Below, one piece after another: positions 55,928 through 64,000 of a stretch of 64,000 nt of DNA. Positions within the stretch are counted from its first letter, which is position 1, and each line of letters opens with the position of its first letter. Source of the DNA: Candidatus Mediterraneibacter merdipullorum (GTDB lineage: Bacteria > Bacillota > Clostridia > Lachnospirales > Lachnospiraceae); NCBI GenBank assembly GCA_019117125.1, contig DXAL01000055.1:6104-70103 (forward strand), in the 5' to 3' direction. A program made the translations under genes and the position numbers. The notes under the pieces were generated by a model, which did not search any database, had not been told where the DNA came from, and saw only the letters and a list, made by a program, of their open reading frames with translations.

Positions 55928-57294
55928 CCATGAGATGTACCCATTGCGGAGCGAACATCCCGGATGGTCAGCTTGTCTGTCCCGTGTGCGGGACGGAAGT
56001 GCAGATTGTCCCGGATTACAACCCTCTGGAAGATGTGCTCGCCAGAGAGGTGAAAGGCTCTGTGGAAGGCGCTACGCGTCAGATACAGACAAGTGACATC
56101 CGAAGATACAGAAGAGACGACCGGACGAAGAACGTCAACGCCACCCGCGTGCTCAGCAGGGAGGAGATGGACAGCCTCCGGGAGCGCAGACGCGCTGCGA
56201 TGCGCGGGGAGAGCCAGTCCCGGCGCGGCACCGGGGAGATGCGAAATACAGGCGGAGCCCGGCGCGGCACCGGGGAGATGCGCGGTACGGACAGACTCCG
56301 CCAGCGCCGGCAGGATACGGGAGAGATGCGCAGCCAGCGCCGTCAGATGCGCATGGAGGCTGCCCGGAAGAAAAGGAGGAATCTCCTGGTTACGCTGTTC
56401 ATCCTCCTGGTGCTCGCCGTCACGGTCATCGTCCTCATCTATCAGAATTCCTATACATCGATGATAAAAAAAGGAAACAATGCAGTCCAGTTGGGGGATT
56501 ATGCAGGCGCGGAAGGATATTTTGAGCGTGCGGAGCGAAAAGACCGGTCCCGCCCGGAAGCCTACACCGGCATGGCGAGGCTCTATCTGGCGCAGGACGA
56601 TGTGGAAGCCGCAGAGGACGTCTTCCTCTCCGCCATCGAGACACAGCCTACGAACGCGGAACTGTACCAGGCAGCGATTGACTTCTATCTGGAGGCGGAG
56701 CAGCCGGAAAAGATATCCGCGCTGCTGGAGGACTGCGAGGATGAGAAAGTATTGAGCGCTGTGGAAGAATATATCTCCTCCGCGCCGGTGTTCTCACCGG
56801 AAGAGGGAAGCTACGAAGAGGTCCAGGAAATCACCATCACCTCTGAGACCGGCGGAGATATCTATTATACGACAGACGGAAGCGAACCCACTGTGGCATC
56901 GGGGACGAGATACACCGAGCCTGTCCTGCTCCAGACGGAGGGAGAGACGGAGATACGCGCCATCGCGGTCAACGGGGACGGGATACCAAGCGTCGTATCC
57001 TCCGGTGTCTACACCATCGAGTTCCCCATTGTGGACCCGCCGGCTGTCACCCCGTCCACCGGTCAGTATATGGAGCCGGAGCAGATTACCATTACAGTCC
57101 CGGAAGGCTACACGGCATATTACACCATGGACGGGTCCGCGCCGGACCCGGAGTCTTCCTCCACGAAGAAGTACAGCGGACCGGTGGATATGCCCGAGAA
57201 CACCCGGACCATCTTCAACGCCATCCTTGTAAACGACCAGAATGGGAAGGCGACGGAAGCTACGACGCGGAACTATATTACCACAGCAGACTGA
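55924..57294 (+). CDS. Zinc-ribbon / TPR / chitobiase-C-like (Fn3-associated) domain membrane protein
   Basis: CTHCGANIP...CPVCG zinc ribbon, three RRGTGEMR-type repeats, one TM segment, a TPR-like region, then two IYYT.DGS.P-type motifs. Overlaps the folD stop. Confidence 0.65.
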   Translation: MTMRCTHCGANIPDGQLVCPVCGTEVQIVPDYNPLEDVLAREVKGSVEGATRQIQTSDIRRYRRDDRTKNVNATRVLSREEMDSLRERRRAAMRGESQSRRGTGEMRNTGGARRGTGEMRGTDRLRQRRQDTGEMRSQRRQMRMEAARKKRRNLLVTLFILLVLAVTVIVLIYQNSYTSMIKKGNNAVQLGDYAGAEGYFERAERKDRSRPEAYTGMARLYLAQDDVEAAEDVFLSAIETQPTNAELYQAAIDFYLEAEQPEKISALLEDCEDEKVLSAVEEYISSAPVFSPEEGSYEEVQEITITSETGGDIYYTTDGSEPTVASGTRYTEPVLLQTEGETEIRAIAVNGDGIPSVVSSGVYTIEFPIVDPPAVTPSTGQYMEPEQITITVPEGYTAYYTMDGSAPDPESSSTKKYSGPVDMPENTRTIFNAILVNDQNGKATEATTRNYITTAD

Positions 57295-57342
57295 GGAACG
57301 GATTCGGACTGGTTTTGACAGATTTGGGAGATAAGTAAAAAT

Positions 57343-57399
57343 AACCTGTGTATTTTAGAAAATATTTATGTATTTTTAACAATACACGGGTTGTTTTTT
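57343..57399 (+). terminator. Terminator-like hairpin with a large AT loop and U-tract
   Basis: AACCTGTGTATT (57343-57354) pairs with AATACACGGGTT (57381-57392), followed by GTTTTTT. Confidence 0.55.
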
Positions 57400-57419
57400 G
57401 CGTGGAAAAGAGCTATAAT
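57391..57419 (+). promoter_or_regulatory. Promoter TTGTTT-17-TATAAT for the alcohol dehydrogenase gene
   Basis: TATAAT at 57414-57419 and a weak -35 at 57391-57396. Confidence 0.5.
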
Positions 57420-57423
57420 TGCT

Positions 57424-57441
57424 GTGTTAAAAAAATAACAA
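57424..57441. promoter_or_regulatory. Candidate Rex operator gTGTTAaaaaaaTAACAa
   Basis: Palindrome TGTTA-N6-TAACA (57425-57440) matches the core of the Clostridia Rex consensus TTGTTAANNNNTTAACAA. It lies 5 nt downstream of the -10. Confidence 0.55.
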
Positions 57442-57472
57442 TAAACAAAATATCAAGAAGGAGATGCAGACC

Positions 57473-58654
57473 ATGAGCAGATTTTGTTTACCAAGAGACA
57501 TTTATCACGGGAAAGGCAGCCTGGAAGAGCTGAAGAACTTAAAAGGCAGCAAGGCCATCCTCGTTGTAGGCGGCGGCTCCATGAGACGTCAGGGCTTCCT
57601 TGACAGGGCTGTGGGCTACTTAAAAGAAGCAGGCATGGAAGTAGAGCTCTTTGAAGGCGTAGAGCCGGACCCGTCCGTAGAGACTGTCATGAAAGGTGCG
57701 GAAGCGATGCGCAGGTTCGAGCCGGACTGGATCGTGGCGATGGGCGGCGGTTCACCGATTGACGCTGCGAAAGCGATGTGGGCGTTCTACGAGTACCCGG
57801 AGACTTCCTTTGAGGACCTGTGCACACCCTTTAACTTCCCGGAACTGAGACAGAAAGCAAGATTTGCCGCCATCCCGTCCACATCAGGGACAGCGACGGA
57901 AGTAACGGCGTTCTCCGTTATCACAAACTACCAGACCGGCGTGAAGTATCCGCTTGCAGACTTCAACATCACGCCGGACGTGGCAATCGTGGACCCGGAC
58001 CTTGTCGCAGGTCTTCCGGTGAAACAGGTGGCTTACACCGGAATGGACGCGCTGACACATGCCATCGAGGCATACGTCTCCACACTGAACGGACCGTTCA
58101 CAGACCCGCTGGCACTCCAGGCAATCGAGATGGTGCTGGATTACCTGCCGGCATCTTATAACTGCAACATGGATGCAAGAGAGCAGATGCACTATGCACA
58201 GTGCCTTGCCGGCATGGCGTTCTCCAACGCGCTGCTCGGCATCGTTCATTCCATGGCACACAAGACGGGCGCTGCATTCTCCACAGGACATATCCCGCAC
58301 GGCTGCGCAAATGCCATCTACCTTCCCTATGTCATCGCATACAATGCGAAAGACCCGGTGGCTTCAGCCCGCTACGCGGAAATCGCGCGCAGGATGGGAC
58401 TGGACGGAACATCCGAAAAAGCGCTGATAAACAGCCTCATCGAGAAGATTGACGCGTTCAATGTAAAGCTGAACATCCCGAAGACACTGAAAGATTTCGG
58501 CATCAATGAGGACGAGTTCAAAGAGAAAGTCGCAAAAATCGCAGAGCTGGCAGTGGGCGATGCCTGCACAGGCTCCAATCCCCGTGCGATTGACCCGGCT
58601 GCAATGGAAAAGCTCCTCACATGCACATATTACGGGACAGAAGTCGATTTCTGA
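57473..58654 (+). CDS. Iron-containing (group III) alcohol dehydrogenase
   Basis: GGGS.ID.AK, the metal-binding His cluster (HA.EAY, H..AH, H...NA), 393 aa. RBS AAGGAG at 57458-57463 fits ATG 57473 rather than 57464. Substrate not assignable. Confidence 0.88.
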   Translation: MSRFCLPRDIYHGKGSLEELKNLKGSKAILVVGGGSMRRQGFLDRAVGYLKEAGMEVELFEGVEPDPSVETVMKGAEAMRRFEPDWIVAMGGGSPIDAAKAMWAFYEYPETSFEDLCTPFNFPELRQKARFAAIPSTSGTATEVTAFSVITNYQTGVKYPLADFNITPDVAIVDPDLVAGLPVKQVAYTGMDALTHAIEAYVSTLNGPFTDPLALQAIEMVLDYLPASYNCNMDAREQMHYAQCLAGMAFSNALLGIVHSMAHKTGAAFSTGHIPHGCANAIYLPYVIAYNAKDPVASARYAEIARRMGLDGTSEKALINSLIEKIDAFNVKLNIPKTLKDFGINEDEFKEKVAKIAELAVGDACTGSNPRAIDPAAMEKLLTCTYYGTEVDF

Positions 58655-58721
58655 TGACAGCATGACATATCCCGCCAAAAGCGGCGGTCATCGCGCCGGA
58701 AGGCGAAAGACCGGTCAGTGG

Positions 58722-58754
58722 CAGGGCAGGCACTTTAGAAGGGTGCCTGCCCTG
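58722..58754 (+). terminator. GC-rich hairpin after adh (no U-tract)
   Basis: CAGGGCAGGCAC-9 nt-GTGCCTGCCCTG. Confidence 0.45.
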
Positions 58755-58805
58755 TATCTGTATCTGTCTGCCTGATATTTCAAGCGCGCAGCCCCTACAT
58801 TTTGC

Positions 58806-58834
58806 TTGCCAATGCGCGTATTTTGGCGTATGAT
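58806..58834 (+). promoter_or_regulatory. Promoter TTGCCA-17-TATGAT for nfnAB
   Basis: TTGCCA at 58806-58811 and TATGAT at 58829-58834. Confidence 0.55.
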
Positions 58835-58870
58835 AGTGAAAGAGTCGAAAAAATGCAAGGGAGGAAGAAC

Positions 58871-59758
58871 ATGTACCAGATCATGAAAAAGGAAGTGCTG
58901 GCTGACAAGATATTCCTGATGGATATCCATGCTCCGCGCGTGGCGCAGCACTGCCAGCCGGGACAGTTCGTTATCGCGAAAATGGACGAAAAAGGGGAAC
59001 GCATCCCCCTCACGATATGCGATTACGACAGGGAAGCAGGAACGATAACCATCGTCGTACAGGAAGTCGGCGCATCTACGACAAAGATGGGCAGCCTGGA
59101 ACAGGGCGGATATCTCCGTGATTTTACAGGACCCCTCGGATGTCCGTCCGAGTTCGTCCATGAAGATATGGAAACACTGAAAAATAAAAAGATGCTCTTT
59201 GTGGCAGGAGGCGTGGGAGCCGCTCCGGTCTATCCCCAGGTGAAATGGCTCCACGAGCGCGGCATCGACGCGGATGTCATCGTCGGCGCAAAGACGAAGG
59301 ACATGCTCATCCTGGAGGACGAGATGAAAGCAGTTTCCGGAAACTACTACCCGTGTACGGATGACGGTACATACGGACATGCCGGGATGGTAACGACCAT
59401 GATAGAGGAACTGGTAAATAACGGTCACAAATATGACGTGTGCGTTGCCATCGGACCGATGATTATGATGAAGTTTGTCTGTCTGCTGACGAAGAAACTG
59501 GAAATCCCGACCATTGTCAGCATGAATCCCATCATGGTAGACGGAACCGGGATGTGCGGGGCATGCCGCCTGCAGGTCGGCGACGAGATCAAGTTCGCCT
59601 GTGTGGACGGACCGGAGTTTGACGGTCATCTCGTGGACTTTGACCAGGCGATGAAGAGGAGCCGCATGTACAAGACAGAAGAAGGACGCGCCCTTTTGAA
59701 ACTCCAGGAGGGAGATACGCATCACGGCGGATGCGGACACTGCGGAGGTGACGAATAA
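58871..59758 (+). CDS. nfnA: NfnA-like FAD/[2Fe-2S] subunit (PyrK / sulfide dehydrogenase-like)
   Basis: PGQFV, ERIPLTI, GGVG.AP, C-terminal CG.C......C.DGPEF cluster. Paired with a GltD-like subunit. Confidence 0.8.
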   Translation: MYQIMKKEVLADKIFLMDIHAPRVAQHCQPGQFVIAKMDEKGERIPLTICDYDREAGTITIVVQEVGASTTKMGSLEQGGYLRDFTGPLGCPSEFVHEDMETLKNKKMLFVAGGVGAAPVYPQVKWLHERGIDADVIVGAKTKDMLILEDEMKAVSGNYYPCTDDGTYGHAGMVTTMIEELVNNGHKYDVCVAIGPMIMMKFVCLLTKKLEIPTIVSMNPIMVDGTGMCGACRLQVGDEIKFACVDGPEFDGHLVDFDQAMKRSRMYKTEEGRALLKLQEGDTHHGGCGHCGGDE

Positions 59759-61146
59759 TGGCTGATATGTTAAAGAAAGTGCCTGTCAGGGAACAGGACG
59801 CGAAAGAACGTGCAACAAATTTTGACGAAGTGTGCCTCGGCTACAACCTGGAAGAGGCGATGGAAGAGGCGGCGAGATGCATCAACTGCAAGAATGCGAG
59901 ATGCATCCAGGGCTGTCCGGTCTCCATCGATATTCCGGCGTTCATCCACGAGGTGAAAGAGGGAAATATCGAAGAGGCGTATAAAGTCATCGGAAAGTCC
60001 AGCGCGCTCCCGGCAATCTGCGGACGTGTCTGCCCGCAGGAGTCCCAGTGCGAGGGAAAATGCATCCGCGGCATCAAAGGCGAGCCGGTCTCCATTGGCA
60101 AACTGGAGCGGTTCGTGGCGGATTACGCGCTGGAAAACGATATCAAACCGGTAGGCGCGGAAGTAAAGAACGGGCACAAAGTGGCAGTCATCGGTTCCGG
60201 TCCCGCAGGACTGACCTGCGCCGGCGACCTGGCGAAGAAGGGATATGACGTGACGGTATTCGAGGCGCTCCATGAGCTGGGCGGCGTGCTCGTATATGGC
60301 ATTCCGGAGTTCCGTCTTCCGAAGCAGGATGTAGTCGCAAAAGAAATCGAGAAGGTAAAAGAGCTTGGCGTAAAATTCGAGACAAACGTAGTCATCGGCA
60401 AATCCACCACCATCGACCAGCTCATGGAAGAGGAAGGATATGAGGCGGTATTCGTCGGCTCGGGCGCGGGACTCCCGATGTTCATGGGCATCCCGGGAGA
60501 GAATGCCAACGGCGTGTTCTCAGCCAACGAGTACCTGACAAGAAGCAACCTGATGAAGGCGTTTGACGATTCCTATGACACCCCCATCGTGGCAGCGAAG
60601 AAAGTCGCGGTCGTGGGCGGCGGAAACGTGGCGATGGATGCGGCGAGGACCGCGCTGCGCCTTGGCGCCGACGTACACATCGTCTACAGGAGAAGCGAGG
60701 CAGAGCTTCCGGCCAGGGTGGAAGAGGTACACCATGCGAAAGAGGAAGGGGTCATCTTCGACCTGCTGACAAATCCGACGAAGATTAATGTAGATGACGA
60801 CGGGAACATCAGAAGCATGACCGTCATCAAGATGGAACTGGGAGAGCCGGATGCATCCGGAAGAAGACGCCCCGTGCCAATTCCGGGCTCCGAGTATGAC
60901 ATTGAAGTAGATACCGTCATCATGGCGCTCGGCACATCGCCGAATCCGCTCATCTCTTCCACGACGAAGGGACTGGAGACAAACCGCTGGAAATGCATCG
61001 TCGCAGATGAAGAGAACGGACAGACGTCCAAGGAAGGCGTGTTCGCAGGCGGAGACGCCGTGACAGGAGCCGCTACGGTCATCCTTGCCATGGGGGCTGG
61101 AAAAGCCGGCGCAAAAGGAATCGATGAATATCTGCAGAAAAAGTAA
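59758..61146 (+). CDS. nfnB: NfnB-like subunit (GltD-family NADPH oxidoreductase with 2x[4Fe-4S])
   Basis: EA.RC..C....C...CP, LPAICGRVCPQE.QCE..C, VAVIGSGPAGL.CA, VVGGGNVAMD.AR. ATGA-type junction with nfnA. Confidence 0.85.
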   Translation: MADMLKKVPVREQDAKERATNFDEVCLGYNLEEAMEEAARCINCKNARCIQGCPVSIDIPAFIHEVKEGNIEEAYKVIGKSSALPAICGRVCPQESQCEGKCIRGIKGEPVSIGKLERFVADYALENDIKPVGAEVKNGHKVAVIGSGPAGLTCAGDLAKKGYDVTVFEALHELGGVLVYGIPEFRLPKQDVVAKEIEKVKELGVKFETNVVIGKSTTIDQLMEEEGYEAVFVGSGAGLPMFMGIPGENANGVFSANEYLTRSNLMKAFDDSYDTPIVAAKKVAVVGGGNVAMDAARTALRLGADVHIVYRRSEAELPARVEEVHHAKEEGVIFDLLTNPTKINVDDDGNIRSMTVIKMELGEPDASGRRRPVPIPGSEYDIEVDTVIMALGTSPNPLISSTTKGLETNRWKCIVADEENGQTSKEGVFAGGDAVTGAATVILAMGAGKAGAKGIDEYLQKK

Positions 61147-61194
61147 CCGGTTCGGATTGCAGGGATGCAGATAGAACATTGTGATATAAAGGAG

Positions 61195-61235
61195 CAGCTG
61201 CCATTCAGATGAAAATCTGTTTTGCAGCTGTTTTT
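61195..61235 (+). terminator. Possible weak terminator after nfnB
   Basis: CAGCTGC ... GCAGCTG stem with a loop of about 22 nt, then TTTTT. Confidence 0.35.
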
Positions 61236-61236
61236 C

Positions 61237-61268
61237 CATCTATTTTCATCTGTTTTTCATCTGTTTTT
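61237..61268. repeat. Three tandem 10-11-bp T-tract units (CATCTATTTT / CATCTGTTTTT / CATCTGTTTTT)
   Basis: Units at 61237-61246, 61247-61257 and 61258-61268, with helical-repeat phasing of T-tracts just upstream of the helD -10. Confidence 0.8.
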
Positions 61269-61278
61269 GCCGGATACG

Positions 61279-61287
61279 TGGTATACT
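61279..61287 (+). promoter_or_regulatory. Extended -10 TGgTATACT upstream of helD
   Basis: Same 12-mer GTGGTATACTAT as at 757-768. Confidence 0.45.
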
Positions 61288-61393
61288 ATATCTGTCGTCC
61301 GCCTGCGTGTCCGGAAACGGCCGGGCGGCGAAAACCATGCACAGCAATGTACAGCATGAGAACAGAAGCAGGAGAGAAGACCGGAGAACGCAT

Positions 61394-63475
61394 ATGACAG
61401 CACACAGAGACTCTTTGGACGGGAACGCCTTTCTGCAGGATGTGACCGAAAAAATAAATACCAGACTGGAAGGACTCAAGCAGGAACTGCACGAGGGGCA
61501 GAGAGAAATCGAAAACATGCATGAGTACTACTGGGAAAACTATATGGAGATGGACCAGTACGGCTATGAGGAATACGACAACCGGCAGGCGCTCCTGCAG
61601 CAGACGAACGCCAACGCGGAGAAGCTGAAAATGAAGCACCGGCTGGAGCGCATGAAAGACGCGCCGTTCTTCGGGCGGGTGGACTTTGTCTTTCAGGGGG
61701 AAGAAGAGCCGGAATCTTTCTACATCGGCATCGGAAACTTCGCGGAAAAGGCGGGGATGAAGCCGCTCATCTACGACTGGAGGGCGCCGGTGAGCGGACT
61801 CTTTTACGATTATGACAAAGGCCCCGCGTCCTATGAGGCGCCTGCGGGGAGGATAGAAGGGGATATCCGCTCCAAATGGCAGTACAAGATACGGGACGGG
61901 AAGATGGTCTACGCCTTTGAGAGCGACACAAAGATAGACGACGAGATACTCCGTCAGGAGCTCGGGCGCAATGGAGACGTTAAACTAAAGAATATCGTGC
62001 GCACGATACAGAAAGAGCAGAATGCCATCATACGCAATACCCGGGATGACATTCTTGTGATACAGGGCGGCGCGGGGAGCGGAAAGACGTCCATCGCCCT
62101 CCACCGCATCGCATACCTGCTCTATCATGACCGGAAGAACCTGAAGTCTTCCAACGTGCTCATCCTCTCGCCGAACAGTGTCTTTGCCGATTATATTTCC
62201 CATATCCTGCCGGAGCTCGGGGAGGAGAATATCCGGGAGATGAGCTTTGACCTGTTCGCCTACCGGGAGCTGAAGAGTACGGCTGCGGACTGCGAGGACC
62301 GGTACGACCATCTGGAGCGCATCATGAAATTTCCGGACAACCGGGAGAAGATGCGCTTCCGCGTGAAGCAGTCCGAAGAATTTGTCGGACTGACAGAAGG
62401 ATTCCTGGCGACGCTGGAAGACCGTCTTGTGGATTTCTCTCCGGTCTCATTCCGGGGGATGGAGATGTCGGAAGAAGAACTGATTCGGATGTTTTATTTC
62501 AAATTCCAGGACACGCCGCTGCTGGCGCGGATGGACGCGGTGCGGGAATACTTTGTGGACGCATACGAGACGCTCCGGGGCAGCGACATCTCCGAGGAGG
62601 ATGCGGAATATCTGAAAACCCGGTTTGACAGCATGTATGCGACGAAAGACATTTACACCATATACAACTGGCTTCTGGAGGACTGCGGATATGATGCCCT
62701 CCCGGACGTGCCTTACGAGCGCAGGAAGATTCCCTACGAGGATGTCTATCCCATGCTCTATCTGAAACACCGTCTGGCAGGGAAAAGTTCGCAGAAAGAT
62801 ATCCGGCATCTGGTCATCGATGAGATGCAGGACTATTCCTATCTTCAGTATGTCATCCTGGAGCACCTGTTCAGATGCAGGATGACGATACTCGGGGATT
62901 ACGCCCAGACGCTGGATACGAAGCAGCACGATGTGCTGACCTTCCTCCCGAAGATATTCGGAAAAGACATCCGGAAGGTCATCCTGAACAAGAGCTACCG
63001 CAATACATGGGAGATTGCCAGCTACGCGGCAGGACTGAGCGGCGTGACCGGTCTGGAGCTCCTGGAGCGGCACGGAAAGCCGGTCAGCGAAGAAACCTTT
63101 GAGACAGAGGATGCACTCCTGGATGCAGTCGCCTCCCATGTCCGTTTGGGACCGGACGGCTATGAGACCAGCGCAGTCATCGCCATGACGGAGGAAGAAG
63201 CCTATGACCTGTACCGGCTGCTCAGGAACCGGGGCGTGGATGCGGCGTATGTGGACCGGGACAGCTCCGCTTTCAGCCGGGGGCTGACCGTCACGACCTT
63301 CTATCTGGCAAAAGGACTGGAGTTCGACCAGGTATTCACCATACGAAGCGGGAAGGAAAATCCGCTGGAACAACAGGCGGAATACATTGCGGCGACCCGG
63401 GCGCTCCAGGAACTGTACGTGTACAGCATAAAGGAACCGGCAGCAGAAAAACAACAGGATAAAAGAACGAAATGA
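61394..63475 (+). CDS. helD: HelD-like UvrD/Rep-family helicase (RNA polymerase recycling factor type)
   Basis: N-terminal coiled-coil, PFFGR.DF......[13 protein letters not shown]...LFYD, then [21 protein letters not shown] and C-terminal KGLEFD. ATG 61394 was chosen over the ORF-track start at 61307. Confidence 0.85.
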   Translation: MTAHRDSLDGNAFLQDVTEKINTRLEGLKQELHEGQREIENMHEYYWENYMEMDQYGYEEYDNRQALLQQTNANAEKLKMKHRLERMKDAPFFGRVDFVFQGEEEPESFYIGIGNFAEKAGMKPLIYDWRAPVSGLFYDYDKGPASYEAPAGRIEGDIRSKWQYKIRDGKMVYAFESDTKIDDEILRQELGRNGDVKLKNIVRTIQKEQNAIIRNTRDDILVIQGGAGSGKTSIALHRIAYLLYHDRKNLKSSNVLILSPNSVFADYISHILPELGEENIREMSFDLFAYRELKSTAADCEDRYDHLERIMKFPDNREKMRFRVKQSEEFVGLTEGFLATLEDRLVDFSPVSFRGMEMSEEELIRMFYFKFQDTPLLARMDAVREYFVDAYETLRGSDISEEDAEYLKTRFDSMYATKDIYTIYNWLLEDCGYDALPDVPYERRKIPYEDVYPMLYLKHRLAGKSSQKDIRHLVIDEMQDYSYLQYVILEHLFRCRMTILGDYAQTLDTKQHDVLTFLPKIFGKDIRKVILNKSYRNTWEIASYAAGLSGVTGLELLERHGKPVSEETFETEDALLDAVASHVRLGPDGYETSAVIAMTEEEAYDLYRLLRNRGVDAAYVDRDSSAFSRGLTVTTFYLAKGLEFDQVFTIRSGKENPLEQQAEYIAATRALQELYVYSIKEPAAEKQQDKRTK

Positions 63476-63951
63476 AAATCACAATCATATCGGTAGGAAA
63501 GATAAAAGAAAAATACCTGCGGGATGCCATCGCGGAATACAGCAAGAGACTGAGCCGCTACTGCAGGCTGGAAATCATCGAAGTGGCGGATGAAAAGACG
63601 CCGGACCAGGCGGGCGCCACAGTGGAAGAGCAGATAAGGGACAAAGAAGGCGCCCGCATCTTAAGATATATCCGGGATGACATGTATGTGGTTACGCTGG
63701 AGATTGGCGGAAAAATGCTCTCTTCGGAAGAACTGGCGCAGAAGATGGATACGCTGGGGATACAGGGGGTCAGCAGCATCGCATTCGTGATAGGCGGCTC
63801 CATCGGTCTGGGGCGGGAAGTGCTCAGGCGATCGGACTACCATTTGAGCTTCTCGAAGATGACATTTCCCCATCAGCTCATGCGTGTGATACTGCTGGAG
63901 CAGGTGTACCGGAGTTACCGGATTATCAACGGGGAACCGTATCACAAATAA
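63472..63951 (+). CDS. rlmH: 23S rRNA (pseudouridine1915-N3)-methyltransferase
   Basis: [15 protein letters not shown]......EY.KRL......E..E..DEK, 159 aa, SPOUT C-terminus (F.IGG..G, S.MTFPHQL.R..L.EQ.YR). Confidence 0.95.
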   Translation: MKITIISVGKIKEKYLRDAIAEYSKRLSRYCRLEIIEVADEKTPDQAGATVEEQIRDKEGARILRYIRDDMYVVTLEIGGKMLSSEELAQKMDTLGIQGVSSIAFVIGGSIGLGREVLRRSDYHLSFSKMTFPHQLMRVILLEQVYRSYRIINGEPYHK

Positions 63952-64000
63952 ATGCGTTTTTTTCGTATTTGGGTGTGATATAACTACAGGAAAATACTAA

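Noticed and set aside
58832-58851. Possible Rex half-site TAGTGAA-AGAG-TCGAAAA overlapping the nfnA -10 region.
   Set aside because: Only the left half matches (6/7). The right half is 4/7 against TTCACAA. This is too weak to call without a PWM score or binding data.

Overview
The window is gene-dense, moderately GC-rich by eye (not computed) and coded almost entirely on the + strand. It looks like core chromosome from a spore-forming member of the Clostridia; I cannot place it more precisely from sequence alone. The spore-former call rests on sigH, ftsK/spoIIIE, a GerA-family protein, a DUF1540 protein, Mini-RNase III and tepA.

Gene content, in order:
- An edge-truncated SIR2-fold gene.
- A paaK-iorA-iorB-ACT-paaK-ACT aryl-acid/indolepyruvate cluster.
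- cspA-like, cysK, ptsH-ptsI.
- A nuclease-helicase fusion, a LysR regulator, and single-chain purL.
- A tRNA-Val/tRNA-Met pair, then ispF and an Eis-like GNAT.
- A T-box leader in front of cysE-cysS-mrnC-rlmB-sigH-CPBP-dtd.
- tRNA-Thr followed by glnS, a MocR-type regulator, and purA.
- Small membrane proteins, a SEC-C protein, YdcF, DUF1540.
- metA, an aminotransferase, dut, a GT51 transglycosylase, an orphan GerA-family subunit, DegV.
- An ABC-F ATPase, rex, nnr, alr, a solo mazF, yebC, metY, tepA.
- ftsK, fhs-folD, a zinc-ribbon/TPR protein, an Fe-alcohol dehydrogenase, nfnAB, helD, rlmH.

I found no rRNA, CRISPR array, transposase, integrase, prophage or recognisable defence island. I do not see a clear novel multi-gene system here.

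The most unusual signal is non-coding. It is an interspersed intergenic element with two full copies of about 157 bp, flanked by inverted repeats, plus three fragments. Its conserved 5' module keeps four stems through compensatory base changes between copies.

Secondary observations:
- A mazF next to alr with no room for an antitoxin.
- A Rex-box over the alcohol dehydrogenase promoter, with rex encoded in the same window.
- Perfect or near-perfect tandem repeats upstream of the paaK-ior operon and of the MocR regulator.
- A Cys-type T-box whose UGGA bulge fits a U73 tRNA.
- An HPr lacking Ser46.
- A PD-(D/E)XK nuclease fused to an XPD/DinG-type helicase.

All functional calls come from motif and family recognition by eye; no searches were run.
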